Below are positions 12,841 to 25,767 of a stretch of DNA of 64,000 bases, one piece after another; the first letter of the stretch is position 1, and every line of letters starts with the position of its first letter. A program made the translations under genes and the position numbers. The notes beneath the pieces were generated by a model. It saw only the letters and a program-made list of their open reading frames with translations, had not been told where the DNA came from and made no database searches. The stretch is from Macrostomum lignano (lineage: Eukaryota): the NCBI GenBank assembly GCA_002269645.1, contig NIVC01001022.1, positions 549,147 through 613,146 of the forward strand, written 5' to 3'.

Positions 12841-14279
12841 TTCATTTTCAAATGTTAAGAAGCTTTATTCAGAATTGTGGACAAAGTTTTTAGTCTTGAG
12901 CACCAAATCTTTAGCACCGAGACACTGGAGACAAAGAGTAGAGAACTCTACAAAGCGAGGTCATTTCTACTCAACCGAAAATGATGTCCTGGAAACTTTG
13001 ATCCCAGAATTAAAGTGCACCCTGTCACTTAGATTAGCTGACCTAAGAAACAATGAGGACTGAATTGCGAGACCAAAGCTCTCTTAATTGCTGTGCGGGG
13101 GTAGAAAGTGTAGTTTCTGGTTCAAGGATGCCACATTTTATCCTAAACTTGTGCTCCTCTTATTATCTTACGCGAGCTTCGCCGTTTCAAAACTTTCACT
13201 GCATCTGTAATCAACTTTCACTCATCAGCCAACTTTTTTAGTTGCTGCTCCACAGCAAACTCCAATGCAGGTCATCTATTTCCTGTCTCAAACTACAGCT
13301 CGAGTTTGTATTTATTAACTGAGCAAAACCTTCAATAAGCCTTCTTAGGTCCTCCTGTATGGACGGGGAGTGTTCGAGGTTGCGTAATAACAATGACACA
13401 AAAAACTGGGGGAAACCGCCAACGAACCTGAGACGGCCGCGTGTGGTGAGGAGATGGGAAGAGGAGACGGGAGAGCAGAGGAAGAAGCATGACTGCAAAT
13501 ATATGGGCGGAGTCTTTGTATCGCCTTCTCATCCCTTCCCTCCGTCGCAGTGTCCCCAGCCCTTATCCTAATTAATGCTTAGCATTCGCTTCGAAGCATG
13601 AGAGCCACACGATCGCTGATCAGAGGGCTTCCCTTGTCCGCTTTGAAGCCGATGGCTGTGTTAACAGAAAAGCGCTCAAACAGATGCTTTGCTTGCGTTA
13701 AAGACGAGCATGGCAGGAGGGAATTCGAAGAATCCCGAGAGCGGTCTCTGTGTGTGATGCCAGGCGCAAAATAACACGCGGTCCTCTATGTGTTCACCTT
13801 CAGCCACATTCGTTCGACTGACTTTATGCGAATCGGATGCTCTGGGTCTGGCACTGATTTCGGTTCAGTGCGCTCTAATCTCTGCTAAAGCCTTGATGCA
13901 TCTTGGCCATTAATGCTGCGTATTATTTTCCATTCTTAACCTTTGTTATACATGGTGCCTGTCTGCTCAGAGGCCAAATCTGTTCACAGACTGCTTTTGA
14001 GCGCGAAAATCTACACGCGTGAAAAGGCTTTTATGACGCAACCGGTTCTAAAGAAACTGCTTTTTTAGCAGTGATGGATTTCTATTAGACTTTGCGATAG
14101 CTTAGTGAAATTGAGAGAGTCTCCGCTAAGATCTGCTTTTGTTTCTCTCTTTTTATTGGGTTCTTCTTCACTTGCCCTCTCCGTTTTCTTTTAATCTCCT
14201 TACCGAGCCTTCCTTTCTTTCCTTTTTCCATCTTCTCTTAGTAGCTCGCTCCCTCGCACTATATTCCCCTCTTCTTAGC

Positions 14280-14950
14280 TCCCTCTCTCCCTGTTTCCCT
14301 CTCTCCCTGTCTCCCTCTCTCCCTGTCTCCCTCTCTCCCTGTCTCCCTCTTTCCCGGTCTCCCTCTTTCCCTGTCTCCCTGTCTCCCTGTCTCCCTCTCT
14401 CCCTGTCTCCCTCTTTCCCTGTCTCCCTCTCTCCCTGTCTCCCTCTTTCCCTGTCTCCCTCTTTCCCTGTCTCCCTCTTTCCCTGTCTCTCTCTCTCTCC
14501 CTGTCTCCCTCTCTCCCTGTCTCCCTCTCTCCCTGTCTCCCTCTTTCCCTGTCTCCCTCTTTCCCTGTCTCCCTGTCTCCCTGTCTCCCTCTCTCCCTGT
14601 CTCCCTCTTTCCCTGTCTCCCTCTCTCCCTGTCTCCCTCTTTCCCTGTCTCCCTCTTTCCCTGTCTCCCTCTTTCCCTGTCTCTCTCTCTCTCTCCCTGT
14701 CTCTCTCTTTCCCTGTCTCCCTCTTTCCCTGTCTCCCTCTTTCCCTGTCTCCCTCTTTCCCTGTCTCTCTCTTTCCTGTCTCCCTCTCTCCCTGTCTCCC
14801 TCTTTCCCTGTCTCCCTCTCTTTCCCTCCCCCCCCTCTCCCTGTCTCCCTCTTTCCCTGCCTTCCTCTCTCTCCCTCCGTCCCTCTTTCCCTCTCTCCCT
14901 CTCTTCATGTCTCTCTATCCTCTCTCCTTCTCTTCATGTCTCTCTCTCTC
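14280..14950. repeat. CT-rich low-complexity tandem repeat (CTCCCTGTCTCCCTCT-type units)
   Basis: Pyrimidine-only tract apart from the G of CTGTC. The ORFs over it are artefacts. Confidence 0.95.
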
Positions 14951-15504
14951 TTATTACGTACTCGCATCTCACTATCTCCCTCTTACTTCTTAACCTCAAT
15001 ATAATTTCGTTTCCTTTGTATTATTCCTCTATAATCATATATATTTCTTTATGCATTAAAATCAGCACTAAAAGTCTCAATATGCATATTAAGCACTCCG
15101 TATCGAACATCTGAAATAAGCCAGAAATTTTGAATGCAAAGCAAAATTGTAGCCGAAAAACTGGAAAATCCTTTTAGATTTGTAGAGGTTTTTCTCTTCA
15201 TCATTTTTTCCATCAGACCCGAAGCAGCCACCTAGCTCCTAGTAGCGAAGCGTTAACGAGCAGCCGTGTCGTCCTTGCACGTTGCTGATTTTCAACACGG
15301 CTTGATTCTTAGAAAACCTTGCTTGCACTACCAGACGAAGGTTGTTAAACGGAACAGCACCAGGCAACAGCTTCGCATTGCCTCGAGGGAATATTTCCCG
15401 GGCAAGGGTTGCAACGAAGCTGGCGAGTTCGAAAAAGTTGCGCCAAGTTAACTAAACAACTGGAGTTGTAACCGGAGTTTTTTCAAACTGCAAAGCGATT
15501 CAAG

Positions 15505-17220
15505 ATGTCAGGGCTGACGGAGGGAATTGCTAAGAGGTCAAGGCTGACGGAGGGAATTGCTGAGAGGTCAAGGCTGACGGAGGGAATTGCTAAGAGGTCA
15601 AGGCTGACGGAGGGAATTGCTGAGAGGTCAAGGCTGACGGAGGGAATTGCTAAGAGGTCAAGGCTGACGGAGGGAATTGCTGAGATGTCAAGGCTGACGG
15701 AGGGAATTGCTAAGAGGTCAGGGCTGACGGAAGGAATTGCTGAGAGGTCAAGGCTGACGGAGGGAATTGCTAAGAGGTCAAGGCTGACGGAGGGAATTGC
15801 TGAGATGTCAAGGCTGACGGAGGGAATTGCTAAGAGGTCAGGGCTGACGGAGGGAATTGCTGAGATGTCAAGGCTGACGGAGGGAATTGCTGAGATGTCA
15901 AGGCTGACGGAGGGAATTGCTGAGATGTCAAGGCTGACGGAGGGAATTGCTGAGATGTCAAGGCTTACTGGGGGAATTGCTGAGATGTCAAGGCTTACTG
16001 GGGGAATTGCTGAGATGTCAAGGCTTACTGGGGGAATTGCTGAGATGTCAAGGCTTACTGGGGAATTGCTGAGATGTCAAGGCTGACGGGGGAATTGCTG
16101 AGATGTCAAGGCTGACAGAGGGAATTGCTGAGATGTCAAGGCTGACGGAGGGAATTGTGAGATGTCAAGGCTTACTGGGGAATTGCTGAGATGTCAAGGC
16201 TTACTGGGGGAATTGCTGAGATGTCAAGGCTGACGGGGGGAATTGCTGAGATGTCAAGGCTGACGGGGGGAATTGCTGAGATGTCAAGGCTGACGGGGGG
16301 AATTGCTGAGATGTCAAGGCTGACGGGGGGAATTGCTGAGATGTCAAGGCTGACGGAGGGAATTGCTGAGATGTCAAGGCTGACGGAGGGAATTGCTGAG
16401 ATGCCAAGGCTTACTGGGGGAATTGCTGAGATGTCAAGGCTTACTGGGGGAATTGCTGAGATGTCAAGGCTTACTGGGGGAATTGCTGAGATGTCAAGGC
16501 TTACTGGGGGAATTGCTGAGATGTCAAGGCTTACTGGGGGAATTGCTGAGATGTCAAGGCTGACGGGGGGAATTGCTGAGATGTCAAGGCTGACAGAGGG
16601 AATTGCTGAGATGTCAAGGCTGACGGAGGGAATTGTGAGATGTCAAGGCTTACTGGGGGAATTGCTGAGATGTCAAGGCTTACTGGGGGAATTGCTGAGA
16701 TGTCAAGGCTGACGGGGGAATTGCTGAGATGTCAAGGCTGACGGGGGAATTGCTGAGATGTCAAGGCTGACGGAGGGAATTGCTGAGATGTCAAGGCTGA
16801 CGGAGGGAATTGCTGAGATGCCAAGGCTTACTGGGGGAATTGCTGAGATGTCAAGGCTTACTGGGGGAATTGCTGAGATGTCAAGGCTTACTGGGGGAAT
16901 TGCTGAGATGTCAAGGCTTACTGGGGGAATTGCTGAGATGTCAAGGCTGACGGGGGGAATTGCTGAGATGTCAAGGCTGACAGAGGGAATTGCTGAGATG
17001 TCAAGGCTGACGGAGGGAATTGTGAGATGTCAAGGCTTACTGGGGGAATTGCTGAGATGTCAAGGCTTACTGGGGGAATTGCTGAGATGTCAAGGCTGAC
17101 GGGGGGAATTGCTGAGATGTCAAGGCTGACGGGGGGAATTGCTGAGATGTCAAGGCTGACGGGGGGAATTGCTGAGATGTCAAGGCTTACTGGGGGAATT
17201 GCTGAGATGTCAAGGCTGAG
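15505..17220. repeat. 30-bp minisatellite (GTCAAGGCTGACGGAGGGAATTGCTGAGAT)n
   Basis: Unit read directly. Variants change along the array, with AAGAG types at the left and CTTACTG types at the right. Confidence 0.97.
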
Positions 17221-18344
17221 GCGTTAAAAGCTGTAGTTTATTAAAAAAACTTATTCCATTCTTCGTTGGCTCCCCAACGGGGGGGGGGGCTGATTGCTAG
17301 TCCAATATACTAAAAATGAGTTATTTGTCTATGGCTAGGTATGAGATTGATAATAATGAAACTCTACATCAATACATCAAACTCTATGGCTAGGTATGAG
17401 ATTGATTTCAGCAGTCTTTCACAAAAATGAGTCAATTGGGAGAATTGCTGTCAAAGTACATGTAAGTCAATTTTTTTATTATTAACTTTGTCTTATTTTT
17501 TCTTTGTCAACCAAAACCACGAGATTCTGAGCCGTTTCATGGTCAAAGTATTGATACGAGCGTAAGTAAAAAGTCGAAAAAAATATCAGTGAATATTTCA
17601 ACAAATTCTGAGTCTTGTATGTCCAATTTAAATTAAACAAATTTTAAATCTGATTTGCTCATACATATCGAACTGGTTCAATGTAGAAAAACCTTGATTT
17701 CCTATCCAGATTTTGGTTTAGTAAACTCCGTGGCAACATACTTAAGCCACCTGATGCCCTGACTTTTCAGAAGAGTGAATGATCGAAAAAAATTGGCGAG
17801 CAAAAGTCAAAGTAAGAAAAGATTTTTAACATCGGTTGAATGCGTGTTGTTCCCGGCTGATTACATGTTAGGCTTTGAGACTCCCAGCATCAGGCTCAGC
17901 CGCTACCGTTCGCTATTTTTTCTTCACTTCCTGTCTCTTTCTTCGTTTCGCCTTTCATTTTCTCCTAGGGCAAGTGAGTGTGTGTCCATGTGCTTGTTTA
18001 CAAAAGAAGTCGAGCCCTTTCCGAAAGACAGGCCACAAGTCTACATTTTGCTGATAAGAGCAAAGCAAATACACTGAGGGGGAGCTCCGGCCCTGTCATT
18101 GGATGCAAGCCGGGTTCGTGTGTAATGAAAGCTGCACTGGTGACTGATGCTTTGATTGGGATTAGGCACGGTTAACTTTGGATTAATACTGCGACCTCGA
18201 AGTTAATAAGTTGCTGGGGGAGAATGACAGACAGACAGGTAATAAAGAGAAACTCAGACGATAACTGTGACTAAGAGCACAAATAAGACAGCTAGAAAAG
18301 GATAAATGGGGTAAAGTGCCGACGCTAGGACAAAAAATTAGGAT

Positions 18345-18495
18345 AGACACTGGGAAAGACAGATGCTGAGACAGACACAAGGACAGGCAGACACTGGGAA
18401 AGACAGATACTGAGACAGACACAAGGACAGGCAGACACTGGGAAAGACAGATACTGAGACAGACACAAGGACAGGCAGACACTAGGAAAGACGGA
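18345..18495. repeat. 44-bp tandem repeat, about 3.4 copies
   Basis: AGACACTGGGAAAGACAGAT(G/A)CTGAGACAGACACAAGGACAGGC starts at 18345, 18389 and 18433. Confidence 0.9.
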
Positions 18496-19399
18496 TACGT
18501 ATCAGCTAATACTAAGACTAATACTAATAGTTTAGCTAATGCTAACAAAAAAGACAGGCGAGGCAGACTAACGGACAGAATGATAGACAGGCACATATGC
18601 AGTCGTTTAAAGCCGCAACAAGCGTCTAAAGAAGTACCAATAGCCAGTAAGTGAGTGAATCAGTACAAAAAATAACTTTGACAATAGATGAATTGTCCAA
18701 TAAAAGCTGTATATCCCTACTGGCCATAGTGTCTCGACTTTCGTCCCAAAAATGATTAGAAATTTCCGTGCGTAAAATCGAGCCAATACAGGCACAAGAT
18801 GTGGGATTATCAGTAAACCATCTACGTCAGACCCGTTCCAGCGCATTCATTCAGTCCAGGTGCGTCGCTGAAGAAGAATGAAAATAAACTTGCAGAAAAT
18901 ATATGACCTACACGGGGGAACACCCGCTGACAATATGGTCCCTATCTAATCATACGCTTCTCGTGATTTCTACGTTATCTACGAAGTTGATTTTTTTCAA
19001 GTCAATCGACCAAGCTGGATGGAGATTAACTTTTGCGATAGCAAAACGGTTGCCCAGTCTGCAGACGAAAGTCTTTGTTCGAATTTAGTGACGTAACAAC
19101 GGACTAGGGGGTCTGGATGCACCCCGACATTCAATGAGAAATCCACGTGTTCGAGTTGGCCAAATCGTAAATCAGTTCCACTCTGTCTGCATGTGCGCAT
19201 AAAATTATTCACGAGAACTGTAATTGACATGTACAATGATATCGCCTTGGCGCTGAGGCCGTTCTGCAGTAGCGATATGCATTTATTAAATATGGCTATG
19301 ACTATTGGCTGTGATATCTTGATAACTTATACTCTTTGGGAAGACAGATCTACAAAAGTTTCTAGCTATTCACTTTTGATAGGAGCTGATGCGAAATTT

Positions 19400-19849
<450 letters not shown>

Positions 19850-20441
19850 TACAAAGACACAAAGACAGAACGGTTTTTATTTTTTTGTAAACAGATTCGG
19901 CAGCCAAGTTTTGCTTGCTGAAGACATTTAATTACAGCGTCTCTCTGGACAGACCGAGTAATGCACTGGATGAGTCACAGCGGTTTCAAGTTCCTAAAAC
20001 TTTGTTCGCAGGTTCACAAGAAAGTATCCGTTCTTCGCGTTTTTCGGATCTGCCGCAAAGCTATCAACAGTGTTTTTGTGGCGCCCTCTTTAATGGCTGT
20101 TTCCGCACTGCAGCTAAATAAATATGATTTTCTCTTACCTTAGAGCTCGCAGAGATTATTTGCTTGAAGTCGCATGATCGAAAGCTGCACAGTTTCGATG
20201 CGATTAATGCTATTTACTTTGGTTTTAATTTCGGCTCGTAAGATGAATTAAAAACCATTAGCTGCGTAGAGACTGAGAAAATGCCTAAAACACCTTTAGA
20301 GATTCTTTTAGACCAAATATACTCGTAATCTTCTATATTGAAACTGTTGTTGGTGCATCTTAGTTTGAAATGGTCGTGTTTTGTTAAAACTAGCCTAAGA
20401 ATCTTCTAATACTTTCTAATTACTTCTAAATATGATTGAAT

Positions 20442-20736
20442 GGGGTTGTGGCGTAGTGGTTAGAGCGTCTGACTCACGACTGAAAGGTCGGGGGTTCGAA
20501 TCTCGATCCACTTGGAACAATTTGTGTCCTTGAGCAAGACGCTTAACTCTGCATTGCTTCAGTTCACCTAGCTATAAAATGGGTGCCAGCATTAGCTGGG
20601 GTAATTGAGGCTGTGTGTGGCGAGCCCCCAGTCCTTGGACTGAACAGCCGTACGCAGCCTTCAGATGCGCCGCGCAATAGCTTCGGCTGAGCTGTCGGTT
20701 GCACATCTGAGCATTGGGGGCAGGTGTAATAAAAAA
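20442..20736 (+). mobile_element. tRNA-derived CORE-like SINE, copy 2 (near full length)
   Basis: A box TGGCGTAGTGGTTAGAGC, B box GGTTCGAATC, CORE-like GTGTCCTTGAGCAAGACGCTTAAC, and a short A-rich end. Confidence 0.88.
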
Positions 20737-21246
20737 TAGCATATTTAAGTTGCCGATGCTATTAGACCCTGACAAAAATGAGCATTTAGGAGGTCTCAAG
20801 GAATCAAATTCAGAATAAGGAAATCAGGATTTTGTAAAAAGCTCTTTTACGAGTATACTAGCATCATTAAGGTGTCGAATTGCATTTGGAATTTGTCCAA
20901 TCGAGGAGCTAACTCTAATCCGGTTCCTCACTTTGAACTAAAAGCGACTCAACCCTTTACTGAAAGGTTTACTTAATCCCTTAGTCCTAATGGGTAGATT
21001 AGCTTCAAAGAGTGGAGTATTTTCTTCCTTGTCTATCCATTTTTCTGGCCCTCCAGAGTATCTGTTTGCTTTTCTTTTTCTTCACCAGAGGGAGTGTTTC
21101 GGAGCTCTTTCTGAGTACACTGTGCGAGTGTCTTTGGGTAGTCTCTTGGATAGAGATTAAACTGTCTCTGTGGTGCCATCTGTATAGTTTATTATCCTAT
21201 TTCTATGGCTTGTGGTGCTGTCTAGAAATGTCCATAGTTTGTGTAA

Positions 21247-21770
21247 ATGTCTATGGTCTGTGGAGATATGTCTATGGTCTGTGGAGATATGTCTATGGTC
21301 TGTGGAGATATGTCTATGGTCTGTGGAGATATGTCTATGGTCTGTGGAGATATGTCTATGGTCTGTGGAGATATTTCTATGGTCTGTGGAGATATGTCTA
21401 TGGTCTGTGGAGATATGTCTAATGGTCTGTGGAGATATGTCTATATGGTCTGTGGAGATATGTCTAATGGTCTGTGGAGATATGTCTAATGGTCTGTGGA
21501 GATATGTCTATATGGTCTGTGGAGATATGTCTAATGGTCTGTGGAGATATGTCTAATGATTTGTGGGGATATGTCTATATGGTCTGTGGAGATATGTCTA
21601 ATGATTTGTGGGGATATGTCTATATGGTCTGTGGAGATATGTCTATGATTTATCGAGATATGTCTATGATTTATCGAGATATGTCTAATGGTCTGTGGAG
21701 ATATGTCTATGGTCTGTGGAGATATGTCTAATGGTCTGTGTAGATATGTCTATGGTCTGTGGAGATATGT
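21247..21770. repeat. 21-23-bp minisatellite (ATGGTCTGTGGAGATATGTCT)n
   Basis: Read directly. Confidence 0.96.
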
Positions 21771-22974
21771 CTTGTTTTTGTAGAGCTTATTGTGCGCTGT
21801 CTGAAAATTACTCTACGTGCTCACATAGCCTAAGAAGCCAAGTAGCTGTTGCTTATACGAGTAACTCAGTCTGAGGAGGCAGAGATATCGAAATTTCCCA
21901 ATAACAATCAAGAGAGTCGAAGCACTTTTACCCAATTCTATCGGATAGCTAAATTGAGCCTTGGCCATCCTCAACTGTAATGGGAATTAGGAACATTTAG
22001 ACAAAGATAGTGTAGCTATAGAGGTTCCTGAAAACCCCCCAGTCCATGCAGACAGAGTGGCATCCATAATGCTACTCCGCCCAAAACTTTTGAGAGAAAG
22101 AGAGAGAGAGACAAGTTTCGAACCAATTCTGGACTGGGAAGCTGGGAGGGTTGCTAGGGTATTAGAAATCAGGGCTCGCTGGGGAATCGCTGGGGGGATC
22201 CTACTTTATACATGACGCTGCAGTCCCACTGATGAGTTTCGATGATAAAATCTAAGCGATGGATAGTGAAGAGAGTAAGTGAGGCCGAAGGGATCTCACA
22301 GAGGGGCTTAGCGGCATGAACGCTGAACTAGTTGACTTTCTCGAGTCCCTTTAGTCTTGTCTTCTCCGCATGCAGGCTTTTCTTTCATTATGCTTTCCTA
22401 GAAAAGCCTTAGCCCAATCCTTTCCTTTTATACTTTCAGGCAATGATGGCAACTTTTCTTTCTGCATGCTTTATTCTTCTTCCTTGACGACGCGGCTGTA
22501 AGTCCTTATCGACTTGCGCGTGAGCGCTTAAAGACGATGCTAAATGTGGGTGGTTGTTCGAAAAATCGAATGAGCAATAGAGGGGAGAAAGAGGAGAGAA
22601 GGGGACCGAAGGCGGGGAGGCATTAGGGTTCTCGGCCATCGCAACTGAAGCGTGAGTGACTGAAGAGGGTGGCTGTCTCCAAGCTCAAGTCTGCGTAATC
22701 CCTCCTCCCCAAAAAAATCGCCATCCCTGCATCAACGGCATCGCGGTTCATTGAGCTCGCTGGCAAAACTGCCGCATTGCCATCTCGGATATTTTTTCTT
22801 AGGTCGAATCGGGTCAGGCCAGGTCTAGCTTGACTCTTCGGTGCTAAGTGGTTTAACGATCTATCAGGTTTAGGTTAAAAGGTATAGTTCGATTGTCATA
22901 ATTCAGCTATCGATATGTTTTTGGTTTAGGTACCCAGCTAAGTGGTTTAGGTACCCAGTTACAAAAGTACTAAG

Positions 22975-23390
22975 AGACCAATGTACCTACTCAGTGACTA
23001 AGGTACACAATGACCAAGATACTCAATCACTAAGATACTCAATGACTAAAATACTCAATGACTGAGGTACGCAATGACTAAGGTACTCAGGTACTCAGGT
23101 ACTAAGGTAAGGTACTCAGGTACTCAGTGACTAAGATACTCAAATACAAAGGTACTCATTGACCAAGATACTCAATAACTAAGATACTCAGTGACCAAGA
23201 CACTCAGTGACCAAGACAATCAGTGACTAAGATACTCAGTGACTAAGATACTCAGTGACTAAGATACTCAGTGACAAAGAAACTCAGTGACTAAGATACT
23301 CAGTGACAAAGATACTCAGTGACTAAGATACTTAGTGACTAAGATTCTCAGTGACTAAGATACTCAGTGACCAAGACACTCTGTGAGAAA
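22975..23390. repeat. 16-bp minisatellite (GACTAAGATACTCAGT)n, degenerate at the left
   Basis: Read directly. Confidence 0.92.
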
Positions 23391-23809
23391 AGTACTCAGT
23401 GTCTAAGGCACTTAAGGACTCTAAAAGTGTCAATCAGCGAAAATTGCTCATCCAATCCAGAATTGCTGCACCTTCTTTGCCAAAGCACTCTCAACTATTC
23501 GAAATCGTATTTTCTAATCGAACGAGCACGCCGAGGAAGTGCTCACCCGAGTCCAGGCCATAAATTCGTTTTCCCAATTCCAGAAATTTTTCGTTCGAAT
23601 GGTTACTGACGAAATTTACGTTAAGCAGGCTCGAGGCTTGGGATTCACTTTTTTCGGGGTCCCGGTTAGGGTCGCGACCCCGTAAATTGTTTTGGGGAGA
23701 GTTCTTTCTTCTCTTCAGCTTGAGTCACTTCATCTGAACTTGAGGCGCGCGTGAATGTCAACTGAATTCAGCGGCCCTTTTTCACTAAATTCGCTGCGGT
23801 TCTGTGCTT

Positions 23810-24390
23810 GTTTTGGCGCCCTCCTGATTGCTAAATTTGGCGCCCCCTGACACCATGATTGGCGCCCCCTGACGCTCTGATTGGCGCCCCCTGACGCTCT
23901 GATTGGCGCCCCCTGACACTCCAGTTTGGTGCCCCCTGACACCCTGATTGGCGCCCCCTGACACTCTGATTAGCGCTCCCTGACACTCTGATTAGCGCCC
24001 TCTGACACTCTGATTGGAGCCCCCTGACACTCTGATTGGCGCCCCCTGACACTCCAGTTTGGCGCCCCATGACACTCCAGTTTGGCGCCCCCTGACACTC
24101 TGATTGGCGCCCCCTGACAATCTGATTGGTGCCCCCTGACACTCTGATTAGCGCCCCCTGACGCTCTGATTGGCGCCAGCTGACACTCTGATTGGCGCCC
24201 CCTGACACTCTGATTAGCGCCCCCTGACACTCTGATTGGTGCCCTATGACACTCTGATTGGCGCCAGCTGACACTCTGATTGGCGCTACCTGACACTCTG
24301 ATTGGCGCCCCCCTGACACCCTGATTGGCGCCCCCTGACACGATCCACTTTGGCACCTCCTGACACATAAAATTCGGCGCCCCTGACACT
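23810..24390. repeat. 22-bp minisatellite (CTGACACTCTGATTGGCGCCCC)n
   Basis: Read directly. Shares a GGCGCC core with the arrays at 6.3, 8.1 and 45-48 kb. Confidence 0.95.
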
Positions 24391-24961
24391 CCGATGTAGC
24401 ACTACCTGATCCCCTCCAGCACTAAGTTTACAGCCCTGACACTCGTAATTATTACCTCCCCTGATGCGCCATTTGACGTCGACGACAATTTTTACGATGC
24501 GCTGGGACATCAGCCGCTGCGCACATTTGAGCTGTGCATGTTGAAAATCAGAGACTCAGATGAAACGCTAGCTCGTAATATCAATGGATCATTCCATCCA
24601 ATGCATAGAGAATAGAAAAAAAACTATAAGAACATGGTCAATCAACTCTTCTTAATGAGGCGAAATGATTGTACCAGAATTAACCGTTCATTACGGTACC
24701 CCCTCAGGTTTGTCAACCTTATGAGTGACAGTTACTTTTTTCTATTTTATTTTACTTGTCTGTAACCTGTCTAATTATCTGCAGTGTGTGCAGCAGTAAG
24801 TGGCCACTTTTTTGCAAAGCAGTCCCACAGTTGCTAGCACTATGGGTGGTCTCTTATACTCAAGCCAGCAGTGGGTCCTGAATAACTGTTAAATGCTCGA
24901 TGCTGAGCACAATAAGTTCTAAATATATGGGGGCTAGGATTCTACTCCTACGAGCGTAATA

Positions 24962-25305
24962 TTCTCTACTCTACTCTACTCTACTCTACTCTACTCCACT
25001 CCACTCTACTCTACTCTACTCTACTCTACTCTACTCTACTCTACTCTACTCTACTCGACTCCACTCTACTCTACTCTACTCTACTCTACTCTACTCTACT
25101 CTACTTTCCTCTACTCTACTCTATTCTACTCTACTCTACTCTACTTTACTCTACTCTACTCTACTTTACTCTACTCTACTCTACTCTACTCTACTTTCCT
25201 CTACTCTACTCTATTCTACTCTACTCTACTCTACTTTACTCTACTCTACTCTACTTTACTCTACTCTACTCTACTCTACTCTACTCTACTCTACTCTACT
25301 CTACT
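24962..25305. repeat. (CTACT)n microsatellite
   Basis: Read directly. Confidence 0.98.
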
Positions 25306-25767
25306 TCACGATTCACGATTCAGGAAAGTGTTAAACATAGTTGATCAAATGTGTTTCATCCTTAGACTCCAATAAAGCTGTCCACGAGGACAAAGTTTAG
25401 GGTCACAACAGGTACAACTACGAGCTATTTTTGTCAGACTTATAAAAGACAATAAATATGATAAATTACTGCTTATGAGGTAGGCAAGCAACGCAACAGC
25501 ATTCTAAGAACGGTGCAGAGACCGAGCCTGTCTCAGCGCCCTCCACAGTCGGCGGTCCATTAACCCGCTACACGTTTTGCCTCAGCCATTTTTTATTTTA
25601 CTTAATTACTTCTCAGCAGAGGCATGAGAATCTATTAGGTAAATTGGACAAATGAAGACAGTAATTGAGTTAATATTTGTTCTAGCAATGCCCGTGTTTA
25701 TTGCAAAAAGCTTGCTGAGAAAGTCTTCTAGCGTGCCGATCGATGCTCTGTATGTAGTGTTCCATGG

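Noticed and set aside
11910-13360. Protein-like minus-strand fragments (RLTFVHASIEEIF..., EDLRRLIEGFAQLIN...)
   Set aside because: Interrupted by stops and frameshifts, and I cannot assign a family. A tBLASTx search would be needed.
20442-20512. tRNA gene
   Set aside because: A and B boxes are present, but the anticodon and acceptor stems do not pair, and the sequence runs into SINE body shared with three other copies.
20640-20712. HDV-like ribozyme in the SINE 3' domain
   Set aside because: The helix order resembles P1/P2, but there is no G+1, no UYCNCGY-type L3 and no C(G/A)AA J4/2 strand.
22225-22255. Hammerhead ribozyme at CTGATGAG (also CTGACGA at ~30642 and CTGATGAG on the - strand at ~29864)
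   Set aside because: No stem II followed by GAAA and no stem I/III partners at any of these sites.
22300-22639. ORF MAENPNASPP... and an overlapping frame with KGKDWAKAFLGKH (pogo/CENP-B-HTH-like); also a + strand AG...GTAAGT mini-exon at 22440-22498
   Set aside because: Short, no supporting DDE domain or partner exons, and stops in the neighbouring frames. It could be a fossil but cannot be supported.
25700-25767. SECIS element explaining the GPCR TGA
   Set aside because: No AUGA/GA quartet or AA apical loop is visible in the short 3' UTR before the AATAAA.
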